A DNA stretch of 63,498 nucleotides from a virus. Its lineage: Duplodnaviria > Caudoviricetes. The stretch is taken from IMG/VR virus record IMGVR_UViG_3300025430_000019, positions 1-63,498 of that record; one strand, given 5' to 3'. A program made the position numbers and the translations under genes. Every line of letters starts with the position of its first letter. Positions within the stretch are counted from its first letter, which is position 1. Of the stretch, positions 18,850 to 27,963 are shown in pieces. A model generated the notes under the pieces. The model did not search any database. It had not been told where the DNA came from and worked only from the letters and a program-made list of their open reading frames with translations.

Positions 18850-19033
18850 CGTCGGAATGCTCCAAGTGTTTTATGAGGTCGTTTGCGTAATCACGTGCGA
18901 ACGATAGACCTCGAATCTCGCCGCACAATCTTGAATACTCGTTATGGTCAACGCATTGTCCTCCGCTAACCCATTGTCTTAACGAGTCAACTTTTTTGTC
19001 TATCTCGTTAATTACTGTTTCGAGTTCTCTCAT
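18842..19033 (-). CDS. Hypothetical protein
   Basis: EYSRLCGEIRGL motif; between portal and GroES. Confidence 0.6.
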   Translation of the reverse strand: MRELETVINEIDKKVDSLRQWVSGGQCVDHNEYSRLCGEIRGLSFARDYANDLIKHLEHSDDD

Positions 19034-21594
19034 TCTTTACCTTTCTTTGTTTCAGGTGTAGTTTGCTGATTCATCAAGTTTGCCATGTGTTGATGCGCAT
19101 GGTCGCTACGTTTTTGGTTTGTCTGATGCTCAAGGTTGCTTTTCTGTTGGCCTTGTTGGTGCTGCAAGTTTGTCATGTGCTTAGTTATATCAATTGCACT
19201 TGTTAGCCCTGCGCGTTGGGACTCCCTATCATGCAACATCTGATCTGCTTGGACTTTAGCCGCGGCGTTGAGTCCAGCTGTTTGTTGCTGCGTTTGAATG
19301 CGTTGTTGTTCAAGTTGTAGCTGTGCTTGTTTATAAGCTTGCTCCGCCTTGTCGTTAGCAATCTTGCGTTGCAGGTCTTGCGCTTTAATCTGCAAGTCTT
19401 GTTGCTGAAGCTGAATAAGCGGGTCTTGCGCTTGCTGTTGGTTTTGTTGCTGCTGGGCTTCTTGCTGGTGTTGTTGCAACAATTTTTGTGAAGCCTGGGC
19501 TGCAAGTTGAGATATGCGAACTTCCATATCTTTTGGAATATTTTCTTGTTCGCCGTACAAATTGTCGTCTTTCTCTTCGGGTAACGTGATACCCATTGCT
19601 TGTTCCATTTGCTTGCGGTACTCGTAGCCTAAATGCTCAGCAATATGAGCGTTCATAGCTGACTGCATCTGCTGCGCCATCGGGTTTTGACCAATAATTT
19701 GCATGATCTTCGGGTCTTGCATAGCTGACATATGGACTGTAATATGCGCCTGGTGATCCTGATATAAGAACGCTTTTACAGGTTTTAGCGCAATAATGTT
19801 CTGGTTTTCTGTAACTGGATCAGTCGGTAGCATATCTTCATCCAACTTAACCAGCTTCTGTGCGTTCTTAATACCCAGCACGTCTAGCATCTGCCTATAT
19901 AAGAGCGCCATATTAAATAGCTGAGGCTGGCCCTGGGCAAGTTGTAATACTGCTTGGTACTGCACAATCTTTTGCGCCATTGTCGCGGCGTTGGGATCGC
20001 TAACTGGGTGGATGTCACACATGTCATAGTCAGACTGTTTGGCACGACGGTCTGCATTGTCAGGCTCGTACTCATAATCTTCTGGCGTGTCGTCACGGAT
20101 AATGTCACGTAGCAAGCAAAGTTCTAACTTCATCGCATAGTGAATGCGAGCTTGAACAGCGCTCATCACCTTTAACGTTCTCTCTAAGATTGCCAACGTT
20201 GTGCCAACTGGAGCTGCAGCTGACATATCAGAGACAGTTAAATCAGCTGTGTTTGCAAACCTACGACCATCTTCTACGATCTGGTTAAGTAGCGTCATCA
20301 ATACTTGTGACGGTTCTTTATATGGCAACGGCATTACGTTGTCACGCATTGTTCCACTTGGAACATCTACATCACGGAACTCTCCGGGGCTTATTGGGGT
20401 GTCGTCACCTTTGATACGTAAACCTTTAGTTTTGAAGCCGCCAGGCAGATTAGATAATGTACCGGCGTCCACAAGCTGCCTAATAAGGCTAGTACCAGAC
20501 TTAGCAAAAGAACCAATAAGATGTATAAGCCCAAAAGCATAAAAACCAAAGCCTGGTATGTAAGAGTAATGAACAAAGTGATTACGCTTTTTGCGCAATT
20601 TATCCTCTTGTTTCCAGTTCCTACGAATTGATAAGACATTAGCGGTTCCTTTTTCGATTGTTATGACATATGGGAGAGCAATGCCATCATCGTCCTCGTA
20701 ACCTTCTAAGTCACGGTCAACGTGCATCTCAAGAATCTTATAGCGGTCATCGGCTGTTGCCCTAAACCCCATGTTTTCTGCGATCTTTTTCTCAACATCA
20801 TCAAGATTGTTAATTGGGTCGCCGAGGTCAATGTCGCGGTAAAAACCTGCCACTTGAAGTTTGCGCACCTCGTTCTCAGTCTTGCGCATGACATGGGTAA
20901 CACGTGGGCTTGTTTGCAAGCTTGACGCGCCATATGGCACAACTAAATCATCAGCGGATACAAACATAGCTGCTGGACGGTTTGTATCTGGGTCAAAATA
21001 AACTTTCTTAAATGCGTTACCAGCTAGACCCAAACCCCACACCATACGCTCATGCTCAGGTCTGTACTCAACCATCTCGTCCGTAATGCGGTAATTCATA
21101 TCGTCTTGTACGCGCTGAGCCGCATCTTTTTTCTCTGGCGTCTCACGCCCAATTATTTGGGTCTTAACAGGTCCAGTTGCGGGTAGCGTTTCCATAACTG
21201 TCTCAGCTTGAAACTTAACTATTGCTTCAGCAAGGAGTGGATGGTATACGCCACATGCGCCCTCCCAAGGCTCGCTTCGTTCTTCTATTTTTAAGCCAAG
21301 AAGTTCTAAGCCATCTACATATGTTTGCATCCAGTCTTTGCGGGACGAAATATCATCTTCAAAATCTGAAAGCAACTCACTTGCAATTGCTGCAAGCGTA
21401 CTCTCATCCATGAACTCAGCGAGGTTAGCATCAAAGTCATTCTTTGATGGGCCTGGCATCATCTCAATCTCAAAATCTCCAGCATGGATAGTTACATCGT
21501 CTGGGTTCTCAATTTCAATTTCGAGGTCTGGGCCTTCTTCTATAGGCAATTGATCTATGCCTTGCGGCGCCTGGGAGAGAGATTTATCTAACAT
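19030..21594 (-). CDS. Portal protein (P22-like, long Gln-rich C-terminus)
   Basis: 854 aa after TerL; EPWEGACGVYHPLLAEA, AFKKVYFD, LVDAGTLSNLPGG. Confidence 0.85.
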   Translation of the reverse strand: MLDKSLSQAPQGIDQLPIEEGPDLEIEIENPDDVTIHAGDFEIEMMPGPSKNDFDANLAEFMDESTLAAIASELLSDFEDDISSRKDWMQTYVDGLELLGLKIEERSEPWEGACGVYHPLLAEAIVKFQAETVMETLPATGPVKTQIIGRETPEKKDAAQRVQDDMNYRITDEMVEYRPEHERMVWGLGLAGNAFKKVYFDPDTNRPAAMFVSADDLVVPYGASSLQTSPRVTHVMRKTENEVRKLQVAGFYRDIDLGDPINNLDDVEKKIAENMGFRATADDRYKILEMHVDRDLEGYEDDDGIALPYVITIEKGTANVLSIRRNWKQEDKLRKKRNHFVHYSYIPGFGFYAFGLIHLIGSFAKSGTSLIRQLVDAGTLSNLPGGFKTKGLRIKGDDTPISPGEFRDVDVPSGTMRDNVMPLPYKEPSQVLMTLLNQIVEDGRRFANTADLTVSDMSAAAPVGTTLAILERTLKVMSAVQARIHYAMKLELCLLRDIIRDDTPEDYEYEPDNADRRAKQSDYDMCDIHPVSDPNAATMAQKIVQYQAVLQLAQGQPQLFNMALLYRQMLDVLGIKNAQKLVKLDEDMLPTDPVTENQNIIALKPVKAFLYQDHQAHITVHMSAMQDPKIMQIIGQNPMAQQMQSAMNAHIAEHLGYEYRKQMEQAMGITLPEEKDDNLYGEQENIPKDMEVRISQLAAQASQKLLQQHQQEAQQQQNQQQAQDPLIQLQQQDLQIKAQDLQRKIANDKAEQAYKQAQLQLEQQRIQTQQQTAGLNAAAKVQADQMLHDRESQRAGLTSAIDITKHMTNLQHQQGQQKSNLEHQTNQKRSDHAHQHMANLMNQQTTPETKKGKE

Positions 21595-21602
21595 GATAGT
21601 CC

Positions 21603-23132
21603 TTAATAATATGATTTGCGCCGGTTGGACTTGAAGTAAATTACTTCGTCCTCTTCGTCGGAGTCAAGGCGAATGAAGCCGCCCTTGCGAAAACGTATGA
21701 TTGCTTGGGATGTGGAGTCAACCAAGTCGTCGTGTTCTCCTGACGGGAAACTTGCTATTTCTTCAACTACTTCTTCAGCCCATGATGTTCTTGGCACCCA
21801 GACCCTGCCACTAGCAAATATATCCGCACAGGAATTTAACCTCGCTACTTTATCATTTCCTGCTGATGGTGTGAAGTCTTGAACGGGGATGCCCATCGCC
21901 CTCATCTCAGCTACTAGGGGAGCACCCGACGCCTTAGCCTCTATTATGATTGAATCTGGACTCCAGTCTTTATATTGTTCGTACGCAACTTTCTTGAGTT
22001 CTGGAAACTCCATGCGCCGTTTAAATGAATTAAGCAAAATAATATTTGCCTGGTTAACGCCTCTATCGTCTGGGCGGTCAAAGATACCCCACGTTGTACA
22101 AGCTGAGTAGTCGCTTCGCTGGGTTTTAAGAAATGCAGTATCCCAAGACTGAATAATGAAGTTGACGTAGGGCGGGTGATCTTCTTCCCACCACTGCCAC
22201 CATTCGCGTTTGATAATCGCTGATACATCGCTGGTTGGCTGCTGCATGTACTGCGCCATCCACTTAGCATTAGGAAGTTCTTGGTGAAGCGCTTCTAATT
22301 CATCAATGTTCCAAAATTCTGGCCATAGGGGTTTACCCGAAGGTAATATAGCTGGAAACTCGATCACTTCCCAGTTTTCCCCCGAGCGTTGTGCAGCTGC
22401 TTTTAAGACTTGTCCCGTTAAATCTTTCTTAGACCAGCGGGTCATAACCATAATAATAGAACCACCAGGCTGCAGACGCTGCCTTGGACCTGACGTATAC
22501 CACTCGTAAGTCTTGTCGTAAATCTCTGGGTTGGTTTCGCTTAGCGCCGCTTCTTGCTCAGAGTGCGGGTCGTCAATAATGAGAATGTCCGCGCCCTTAC
22601 CTGTGACAGCACCGCCCACACCGATAGCAAAATAGTCTCCGCCCTCGTTAGTTGCCCACCTGCCAGCTGCCTTGGAATCAGACTGGAGTCCAACTCCAGG
22701 GAAAATTGACTTATATACATCTGAGTCCACAAGATTACGGACCTTTCTTCCGAAACCCACGGCGAGTTCAGCAGTATGAGATGTCTGGATAACTTTTTTC
22801 TTTGGGAATTTACCCAAAAACCAAGCAGGTAATAAGTAAGAAGCAAATTCAGACTTAGTATGGCGCGGAGGCATATTAATAATAAGTCGTTTGATCTCCC
22901 CGTTAGCCACTCTTTCAAACGCCCTAGCCATTTTTGCATGATGTGCTCCGTCGATGAACCCAGGCCAGACTTTATGGGCAAAATCCATGAAGTTGTTCTG
23001 GCAGTTCTCTTTATGTTTAACTTCTAGCGTAGTATCTAGCTGCTCTAGCATCACACGTAGCTCAGAATCCGACAACTTGTCCAGATTATTAAGTAAAAAC
23101 TGGATCTCAGTTGCGTTATTCGGGCTGATCAT
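21603..23132 (-). CDS. terL: Terminase large subunit
   Basis: MPPRHTKS Walker A, IIDDPH Walker B, QSWDTA...HDDLVDS nuclease motifs. Confidence 0.93.
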   Translation of the reverse strand: MISPNNATEIQFLLNNLDKLSDSELRVMLEQLDTTLEVKHKENCQNNFMDFAHKVWPGFIDGAHHAKMARAFERVANGEIKRLIINMPPRHTKSEFASYLLPAWFLGKFPKKKVIQTSHTAELAVGFGRKVRNLVDSDVYKSIFPGVGLQSDSKAAGRWATNEGGDYFAIGVGGAVTGKGADILIIDDPHSEQEAALSETNPEIYDKTYEWYTSGPRQRLQPGGSIIMVMTRWSKKDLTGQVLKAAAQRSGENWEVIEFPAILPSGKPLWPEFWNIDELEALHQELPNAKWMAQYMQQPTSDVSAIIKREWWQWWEEDHPPYVNFIIQSWDTAFLKTQRSDYSACTTWGIFDRPDDRGVNQANIILLNSFKRRMEFPELKKVAYEQYKDWSPDSIIIEAKASGAPLVAEMRAMGIPVQDFTPSAGNDKVARLNSCADIFASGRVWVPRTSWAEEVVEEIASFPSGEHDDLVDSTSQAIIRFRKGGFIRLDSDEEDEVIYFKSNRRKSYY

Positions 23133-23718
23133 TAACTTCTACGTCCGTAATATCGAGAGAATTGGCTAATTTTTCGTGTGTTGGGGTGTTTTCGAACGTA
23201 TTTAACTGCATTAATGTTCGAATTCTGTCCCGAATTGCCTCTTTTAACTCGTCAGAAGTCTTGTGTGTGATGGTAATTTCTTGTTTTTCAGTGAATAAAT
23301 CGGACGCTTTGCCCAGTAATTCAAGCGCTTTTAGTGCAGTTCTGTTGTCATCGTCATTTGAGATCTGCAATAAGCGGTTCATTACTATTGTTCTGACCTG
23401 AACCTTGTCGCTTATGACCTGCTTCTCGTACTCATTAATATAACCAGCAAGTTGAAGTGCAACGCCGGGGCGTTTCATATCCTCGCGGGTCTGAGCCTGT
23501 GCAGTTTTATCTGTTTTTTTACCGAGATTTCGGAACATTTCAATGGCTTTTTCGTTTTCCTCCTCGGATAAATCGAAAGTGGCGCCATCACCTAGCTCTT
23601 GTAATAACAGAGCAGTGTTCCCCATGACTTTTGCATGGTCGTTTAGATCTTCCATTTCCATAGCGTCAGCTACGATGGGTATAGGTTTGTCGAGAGTTGG
23701 CTCAACTTGAATATTCAT
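23116..23718 (-). CDS. terS: Putative terminase small subunit (start revised to MNIQVE)
   Basis: ALKALELLGK...LFTEK motif; upstream of and overlapping terL; AAGGTG SD before ATG 23718. Confidence 0.6.
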   Translation of the reverse strand: MNIQVEPTLDKPIPIVADAMEMEDLNDHAKVMGNTALLLQELGDGATFDLSEEENEKAIEMFRNLGKKTDKTAQAQTREDMKRPGVALQLAGYINEYEKQVISDKVQVRTIVMNRLLQISNDDDNRTALKALELLGKASDLFTEKQEITITHKTSDELKEAIRDRIRTLMQLNTFENTPTHEKLANSLDITDVEVNDQPE

Positions 23719-23953
23719 AACACCTTTTTGTGGGTATCGGTGGGCGTAGTATAGCAAAAGTTTTTTGAAAAATATATACCCCCCGGGGGTCGAACGAAAT
23801 TTTAGTGACGGGGGGGTTTCGTATAACAGAGAATAGGATGAAGTGTAAGCAGCGCTTCCAAATCTATTTTTGGAAATCGAGTGAGCAAAGTAATGTGTGA
23901 AGTCTCCCCAGGGGCAAGGCGTCAAAATAGGGTCATAGGGGTATAGTGGGGTC

Positions 23954-23980
23954 GACATAGTAACAATACGTTATTTTGTC
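23954..23980. repeat. 27-bp palindromic site 1
   Basis: GACATAGTAAC-AATAC-GTTATTTTGTC. Confidence 0.85.
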
Positions 23981-24009
23981 CTTTTCTAAACTATTTTTGT
24001 TGTATTTAT

Positions 24010-24046
24010 ACAAACGACGATAAATAGTGGGAAAGTGTGGTAATAT
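24010..24046 (+). promoter_or_regulatory. Early promoter P1 (extended -10, degenerate -35)
   Basis: ACAAACG..GTGGG..TGTGG-TAATAT, aligns without gaps to P2 and P3. Confidence 0.65.
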
Positions 24047-24094
24047 CAACCCGTCGATTAATTCCGATCGACATAACTAACAGGAGATACTCAT

Positions 24095-24751
24095 ATGAGT
24101 ACAGAGAAAACAGTAGTTGAATCTACATTGACAGTCGATCAAACCGCATCCTTTGACGATATCGGTTCAACACTCGGCGCTAGTGATATCGACAGAGATA
24201 CAGCGATTGATCTATTCTTTAACCTAGTATTTGTCAATGGTAACGTTGACTATACATTATGGGTTGATGGTTCTAAGCGCATCATGAATGCTTATGCTAT
24301 TAAAAAAGGTATCAAGTGCATTATGAACGATGGAACATTAAACCCAACAGTTAAAACAATGTGGACAAGGTTTACAAAGGACGTAGCTGATAAACATGGT
24401 ATCGTAAAACCTACAAAGCCAACTACTGAGGCTAAAGCAAAAAGCGAGCAAAGGGCTAAAGCTGAAGCTAAACTCGAAGTACTCAAAGCTAAACCAGTAG
24501 AAGAGTTACAAGCTGAGTTAAAGTCTAAGCTGGCTAACCCTACTACTTCAAGTCTTAATGAGGCTAAAGCAATCACTAAAGCAATTGAGGCTAAAGCAAA
24601 GGATATCGAAAAGGCTGAGGATGAGGCTACGAAAACAGTCCGCAAATCGATCAAGGATATGCTAGCGAAAATTGATAGCTACTCTGATTTGGTTGATATT
24701 GAGACATACATTGTAGATATGATTAGCAACCATAGCCCTGCAACATTCTAA
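24095..24751 (+). CDS. Early protein, paralog A
   Basis: AGGAG SD; LNPTVKTMWTRF...HGIVKPTKPT shared with 25507-26142. Confidence 0.8.
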   Translation: MSTEKTVVESTLTVDQTASFDDIGSTLGASDIDRDTAIDLFFNLVFVNGNVDYTLWVDGSKRIMNAYAIKKGIKCIMNDGTLNPTVKTMWTRFTKDVADKHGIVKPTKPTTEAKAKSEQRAKAEAKLEVLKAKPVEELQAELKSKLANPTTSSLNEAKAITKAIEAKAKDIEKAEDEATKTVRKSIKDMLAKIDSYSDLVDIETYIVDMISNHSPATF

Positions 24752-24761
24752 AATCTAGTAA

Positions 24762-24788
24762 GACAGAGTTACAAATTGTAACTTTGTC
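24762..24788. repeat. 27-bp palindromic site 2
   Basis: GACAGAGTTAC-AAATT-GTAACTTTGTC. Confidence 0.9.
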
Positions 24789-24796
24789 CAATTAGC

Positions 24797-24821
24797 AAAG
24801 CCTCCCTAGGGAGGCTTTTTT
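24797..24821 (+). terminator. Intrinsic terminator
   Basis: AAAGCCTCC-CTAG-GGAGGCTTT then TTT. Confidence 0.85.
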
Positions 24822-24899
24822 GTTGTCTCTGCTTTGCGTGTAACGCAAAGTGTAGCATAGATTTTCAGCAAAATCAAATTATTTTTAAAATTTTTTTAG

Positions 24900-25300
24900 G
24901 GAACTGGTTGTAAGCGACGAACTAGCCCCAATCATAGAAAATCCTTAGCACCACGTGATTAAGACTTAGTTACAAAGTGTTACTTTGTCCTGTAATGTTC
25001 GAAAAATCGAGCAATGTTCGCCGTATTGTTCCACGTAAGTTGTTGATTTTAAAGCAAAGTTCTATTGTTCGTATTGTTCCGACAAAAAAAGTACTTTCTG
25101 AAATCTAAAACGGTCTTCGCATGGTGTAAGCAATCATAGAAAATCTTTAGCATCACGTGTTTAATTTCAGTTTCGAGATATAAATAATATAACAATATAA
25201 CATTAGAACACTATACTATTCAATACAATGTTCCTCAATGAAATCAACAACTTACAAAACTTGATAATGTTCCAAGCACTAGAACATTACAGAACATTGC
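24900..25300. other. Origin/packaging-like non-coding region
   Basis: 29-bp direct repeat (24929, 25131), 15-bp inverted repeat with IHF consensus (25035, 25241), multiple TGTTC/GAACA motifs, AT-rich tracts. Confidence 0.5.
24963..24989. repeat. 27-bp palindromic site 3
   Basis: GACTTAGTTAC-AAAGT-GTTACTTTGTC. Confidence 0.9.
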
Positions 25301-25383
25301 CACAAATTAATACTTCGTAACTAGTTTACACCTAACCCGTATTACATTACGTTTCAAATATCGCTGCCTAAATTTTAAGCAGG

Positions 25384-25420
25384 ACAAACGCTTGACATGA
25401 GTGGGATTTTGTGGTAATAT
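25384..25420 (+). promoter_or_regulatory. Early promoter P2
   Basis: TTGACA-17nt-TAATAT with TG extension. Confidence 0.85.
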
Positions 25421-25451
25421 AGGGCTTCGCCCGTTAGAAATAACGAAGCGA

Positions 25452-25478
25452 GACAAAGTTACATTTCGTTACTTTGTC
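25452..25478. repeat. 27-bp palindromic site 4
   Basis: GACAAAGTTAC-ATTTC-GTTACTTTGTC. Confidence 0.9.
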
Positions 25479-25506
25479 CTTAACCTAAACTTACTGGAGA
25501 GAAACC

Positions 25507-26142
25507 ATGTCATTAGAGAAAACAACAGTATCCGAAGCAGTTGCACAACTTACTGGGCAACAAGTTGCTATCTTCAAATCCCTCGGTGCAGTATTCGCAG
25601 AAAATGAGATGTCGCTTGATTCATCCCTTGATTCATTTAAAGACAACGTGATCATCGAATCGCAGGTTGATTATTATTTGTGGGAAGCAGGCTCACTTGA
25701 GTGGAAGCAGGGATATGCCGAGACAAAGCGAATTAAACTGTACATGACCGATAACACGCTTAACCCAACAGTCAAAACCGCATGGTCACGCTATACCAAA
25801 GCACTAGGTGATAGGCATGGTATCGTGAAGCCTACAAAGCCAACGAGTACTGCAAGCGCTAAGGCATCCCAACGTGCAGGGAACAAAGCGAAAGTGGACG
25901 AGTTGAAAACCAAATCGTTCGATGAACTTGAAGCATTGCTCAAGGGTAAACTAGTGCACCCAACAACGCAGTCCCTCAAGGAAGCAAAGCCCATTCAACA
26001 GGCAATCGAAGCCAAGAAACAAGATATTGTTAAGGCAGAGAATGAGGAGACAAAAGCAATTAAGAAAGCTCTAGTCGAGTGGATGAACGATCAGTCGTAC
26101 GAAACGCTTTACAACCTCGCCGTTAATTACGGTGCGATCTAA
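25507..26142 (+). CDS. Early protein, paralog B
   Basis: GGAG SD; LNPTVKTAWSRY...HGIVKPTKPT. Confidence 0.8.
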   Translation: MSLEKTTVSEAVAQLTGQQVAIFKSLGAVFAENEMSLDSSLDSFKDNVIIESQVDYYLWEAGSLEWKQGYAETKRIKLYMTDNTLNPTVKTAWSRYTKALGDRHGIVKPTKPTSTASAKASQRAGNKAKVDELKTKSFDELEALLKGKLVHPTTQSLKEAKPIQQAIEAKKQDIVKAENEETKAIKKALVEWMNDQSYETLYNLAVNYGAI

Positions 26143-26164
26143 GCAAATCCAACGCTCGGCAACT

Positions 26165-26182
26165 GCCCCTTCGGGGGCTATT
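26165..26182 (+). terminator. Putative weak terminator
   Basis: GCCCC-TTCG-GGGGC, poor U-tract. Confidence 0.5.
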
Positions 26183-26189
26183 GTCGTGG

Positions 26190-26226
26190 ACAAACGCTTG
26201 ACACAAGTGGGATTTTGTGGTATACT
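26190..26226 (+). promoter_or_regulatory. Early promoter P3
   Basis: TTGACA-17nt-TATACT with TG extension; near-identical to P2. Confidence 0.85.
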
Positions 26227-26258
26227 GTACGTTCAGTACAGTAAATTATTTCAACAAC

Positions 26259-26285
26259 GACAAAGTTACATCTCGTTACTTTGTC
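26259..26285. repeat. 27-bp palindromic site 5
   Basis: GACAAAGTTAC-ATCTC-GTTACTTTGTC. Confidence 0.9.
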
Positions 26286-26301
26286 CCAACAGGAGAGCAT
26301 C

Positions 26302-26496
26302 ATGCAAGTAAAACTTAACCCGACAATCCAAGCACTTGATCGCAAGTTCAACGTGCTATATACAAAACAACTAAGCGACATTCAAGGCATGGCATACGGT
26401 GTGCGTGAGGATTTCGAGCAGGGCGATCGACGCATTACGTTTAATCAATGCTATAACAATGCAAGTAAAACTATCGCATGGTGGATGCCAGTATGA
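26302..26496 (+). CDS. Hypothetical early protein (start MQVKLN)
   Basis: AGGAG SD before ATG 26302. Confidence 0.65.
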   Translation: MQVKLNPTIQALDRKFNVLYTKQLSDIQGMAYGVREDFEQGDRRITFNQCYNNASKTIAWWMPV

Positions 26497-26705
26497 GCGA
26501 CCATCCGCTTTGTACCCAATGCTTTAGCGACACCGTTTCCCCGAAGCGTGTGTTGCTAGGCTACACGGTATGCCTAGAGTGTGGCGAAGCAAACGCCGAG
26601 CGACAAGCTAGGTTGCGTACCGTAGTTCCGATGAACAAGTCCAACTATATATTAGTTAGCGACTTGTCACTTCTTAAACAACTTAACCCAAAGAGAACAA
26701 CATGA
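26493..26705 (+). CDS. Small C4 zinc-finger protein
   Basis: CTQC...R..LGYTVCLECGE; ATGA coupling. Confidence 0.65.
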   Translation: MSDHPLCTQCFSDTVSPKRVLLGYTVCLECGEANAERQARLRTVVPMNKSNYILVSDLSLLKQLNPKRTT

Positions 26706-26998
26706 CAATTAAACCACAGGCACTTAACATTGAGCGACTAATCAGCCTCGGTATGTACGAGACTAGGAATGAGAGCGCAGCACCCTCAGCATACGCTATG
26801 CTTGAGCAATGCGTGAGCGAAACGCTGGAAGAGATCGAGTCTATATCCGACGAGTTAATCTCTGTTCGCAAGAACGGCATCAGCCGTGACCACATCGACC
26901 TCGTAGTGTTCGATGCGCAATCAAGGCTAGCCAGACTAATGGTCAGACTGAACGACACAGTATCGGAATGCAACTATGTCCATGAGGGAGAAGTATGA
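26702..26998 (+). CDS. Hypothetical protein
   Basis: ATGA-coupled ORF. Confidence 0.6.
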   Translation: MTIKPQALNIERLISLGMYETRNESAAPSAYAMLEQCVSETLEEIESISDELISVRKNGISRDHIDLVVFDAQSRLARLMVRLNDTVSECNYVHEGEV

Positions 26999-27204
26999 GC
27001 CACTACCACTTACCGATATGCACGAACTGTTATAGCGTTCGTGTTCCACCACGCAATGCACATAGATTGCGTCCAGTTTGCGAGCGATGCGAAGACTCAA
27101 CTACGTTGATGCAAGACTCCAACTCCAAGCTATCCAAATGGTTAGCTACTCGTGTTGACTCACGACGCATCGTAACAACCAATACTAGGAAATCAAATGA
27201 TTGA
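26995..27204 (+). CDS. Small zinc-finger protein
   Basis: CTNC...CERC; GGAG SD. Confidence 0.6.
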   Translation: MSHYHLPICTNCYSVRVPPRNAHRLRPVCERCEDSTTLMQDSNSKLSKWLATRVDSRRIVTTNTRKSND

Positions 27205-27391
27205 AATATCAATGACCGAGTTATTATTATTTACGTGGGGCGCAGTCATGACTCTGCTCTATTTCAAAACCCAGACCGAATACAAGGAAGCTGAGTATCT
27301 GTTCAGTAAGACTTTGTATCTTATCGCAAAGAAGAAAGCCGTCCTCATTGACGACGGTGACACCTGCCACTTAAAGGGAATAGATGAATAA
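27197..27391 (+). CDS. Small membrane-anchored protein
   Basis: N-terminal hydrophobic segment; AGGA SD. Confidence 0.6.
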   Translation: MIEISMTELLLFTWGAVMTLLYFKTQTEYKEAEYLFSKTLYLIAKKKAVLIDDGDTCHLKGIDE

Positions 27392-27494
27392 AGAAAAAGT
27401 ACAACACTTCGTGGTTAATGCTATGTTCACAATCGTGTACGTATTTTGCATTGCCGTTATGTTTATGGATGCTCTAGTATGGCGTCCTCACTAG
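27384..27494 (+). CDS. 36-aa membrane peptide (not in ORF track)
   Basis: MNKEKVQHFVVNAMFTIVYVFCIAVMFMDALVWRPH; AAGGGA SD. Confidence 0.6.
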   Translation: MNKEKVQHFVVNAMFTIVYVFCIAVMFMDALVWRPH

Positions 27495-27520
27495 ACAAAG
27501 TTACATCCCGTAACTATGTC
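27494..27520. repeat. 27-bp palindromic site 6
   Basis: GACAAAGTTAC-ATCCC-GTAACTATGTC. Confidence 0.9.
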
Positions 27521-27540
27521 CAACAACCCAAGGAAACAAA

Positions 27541-27963
27541 ATGAAAAGAAGTAACTCAAAGAAAGCAACGGTTCTCAAGATGTTAGCCAAGCATCACTCA
27601 CCGAAAGACGTAGCCAAGCAAGCTGGTTGCTCTATTGCATATGTGTATAGCGTGCGTCATGCTGAGAAGATTAAATCTAAGTTCTCTCCGCCGAAGCTAC
27701 CCAAGCCTACGATTGTTGAGAAGCATTGGATACCCGACGCAACAATACCCGAAGGCTACATTCAAATCTCAAATGCCGAGCACGATATGTTAATCAAGAA
27801 CGCATCCAAGGGTAGAGCATACGATAGTGTGCGTGAACGCAACGAAGAACTCGAAGCGCAGTATGCACTATGCGAAGAACAACTCCACATGGAACAATGC
27901 AAAGTGTTTGACCTCAAAGCTATCGTTAAATATTTAGAGGAGAAACTAAATGCCAACAACTAA
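27541..27963 (+). CDS. HTH-containing protein with coiled coil
   Basis: SPKDVAKQAGCSIAYVYSVR helix-turn-helix pattern. Confidence 0.6.
   Translation: MKRSNSKKATVLKMLAKHHSPKDVAKQAGCSIAYVYSVRHAEKIKSKFSPPKLPKPTIVEKHWIPDATIPEGYIQISNAEHDMLIKNASKGRAYDSVRERNEELEAQYALCEEQLHMEQCKVFDLKAIVKYLEEKLNANN

Noticed and set aside
23719-23958. 80-aa N-terminal extension of terS in the ORF track
   Set aside because: It runs through a G/C-run intergenic region; a good SD precedes ATG 23718.
24994-25298. GTTC/GAAC motifs as LexA boxes
   Set aside because: Spacings do not fit GTTC-N7-GTTC or GAAC-N4-GTTC, and they do not overlap the promoters.
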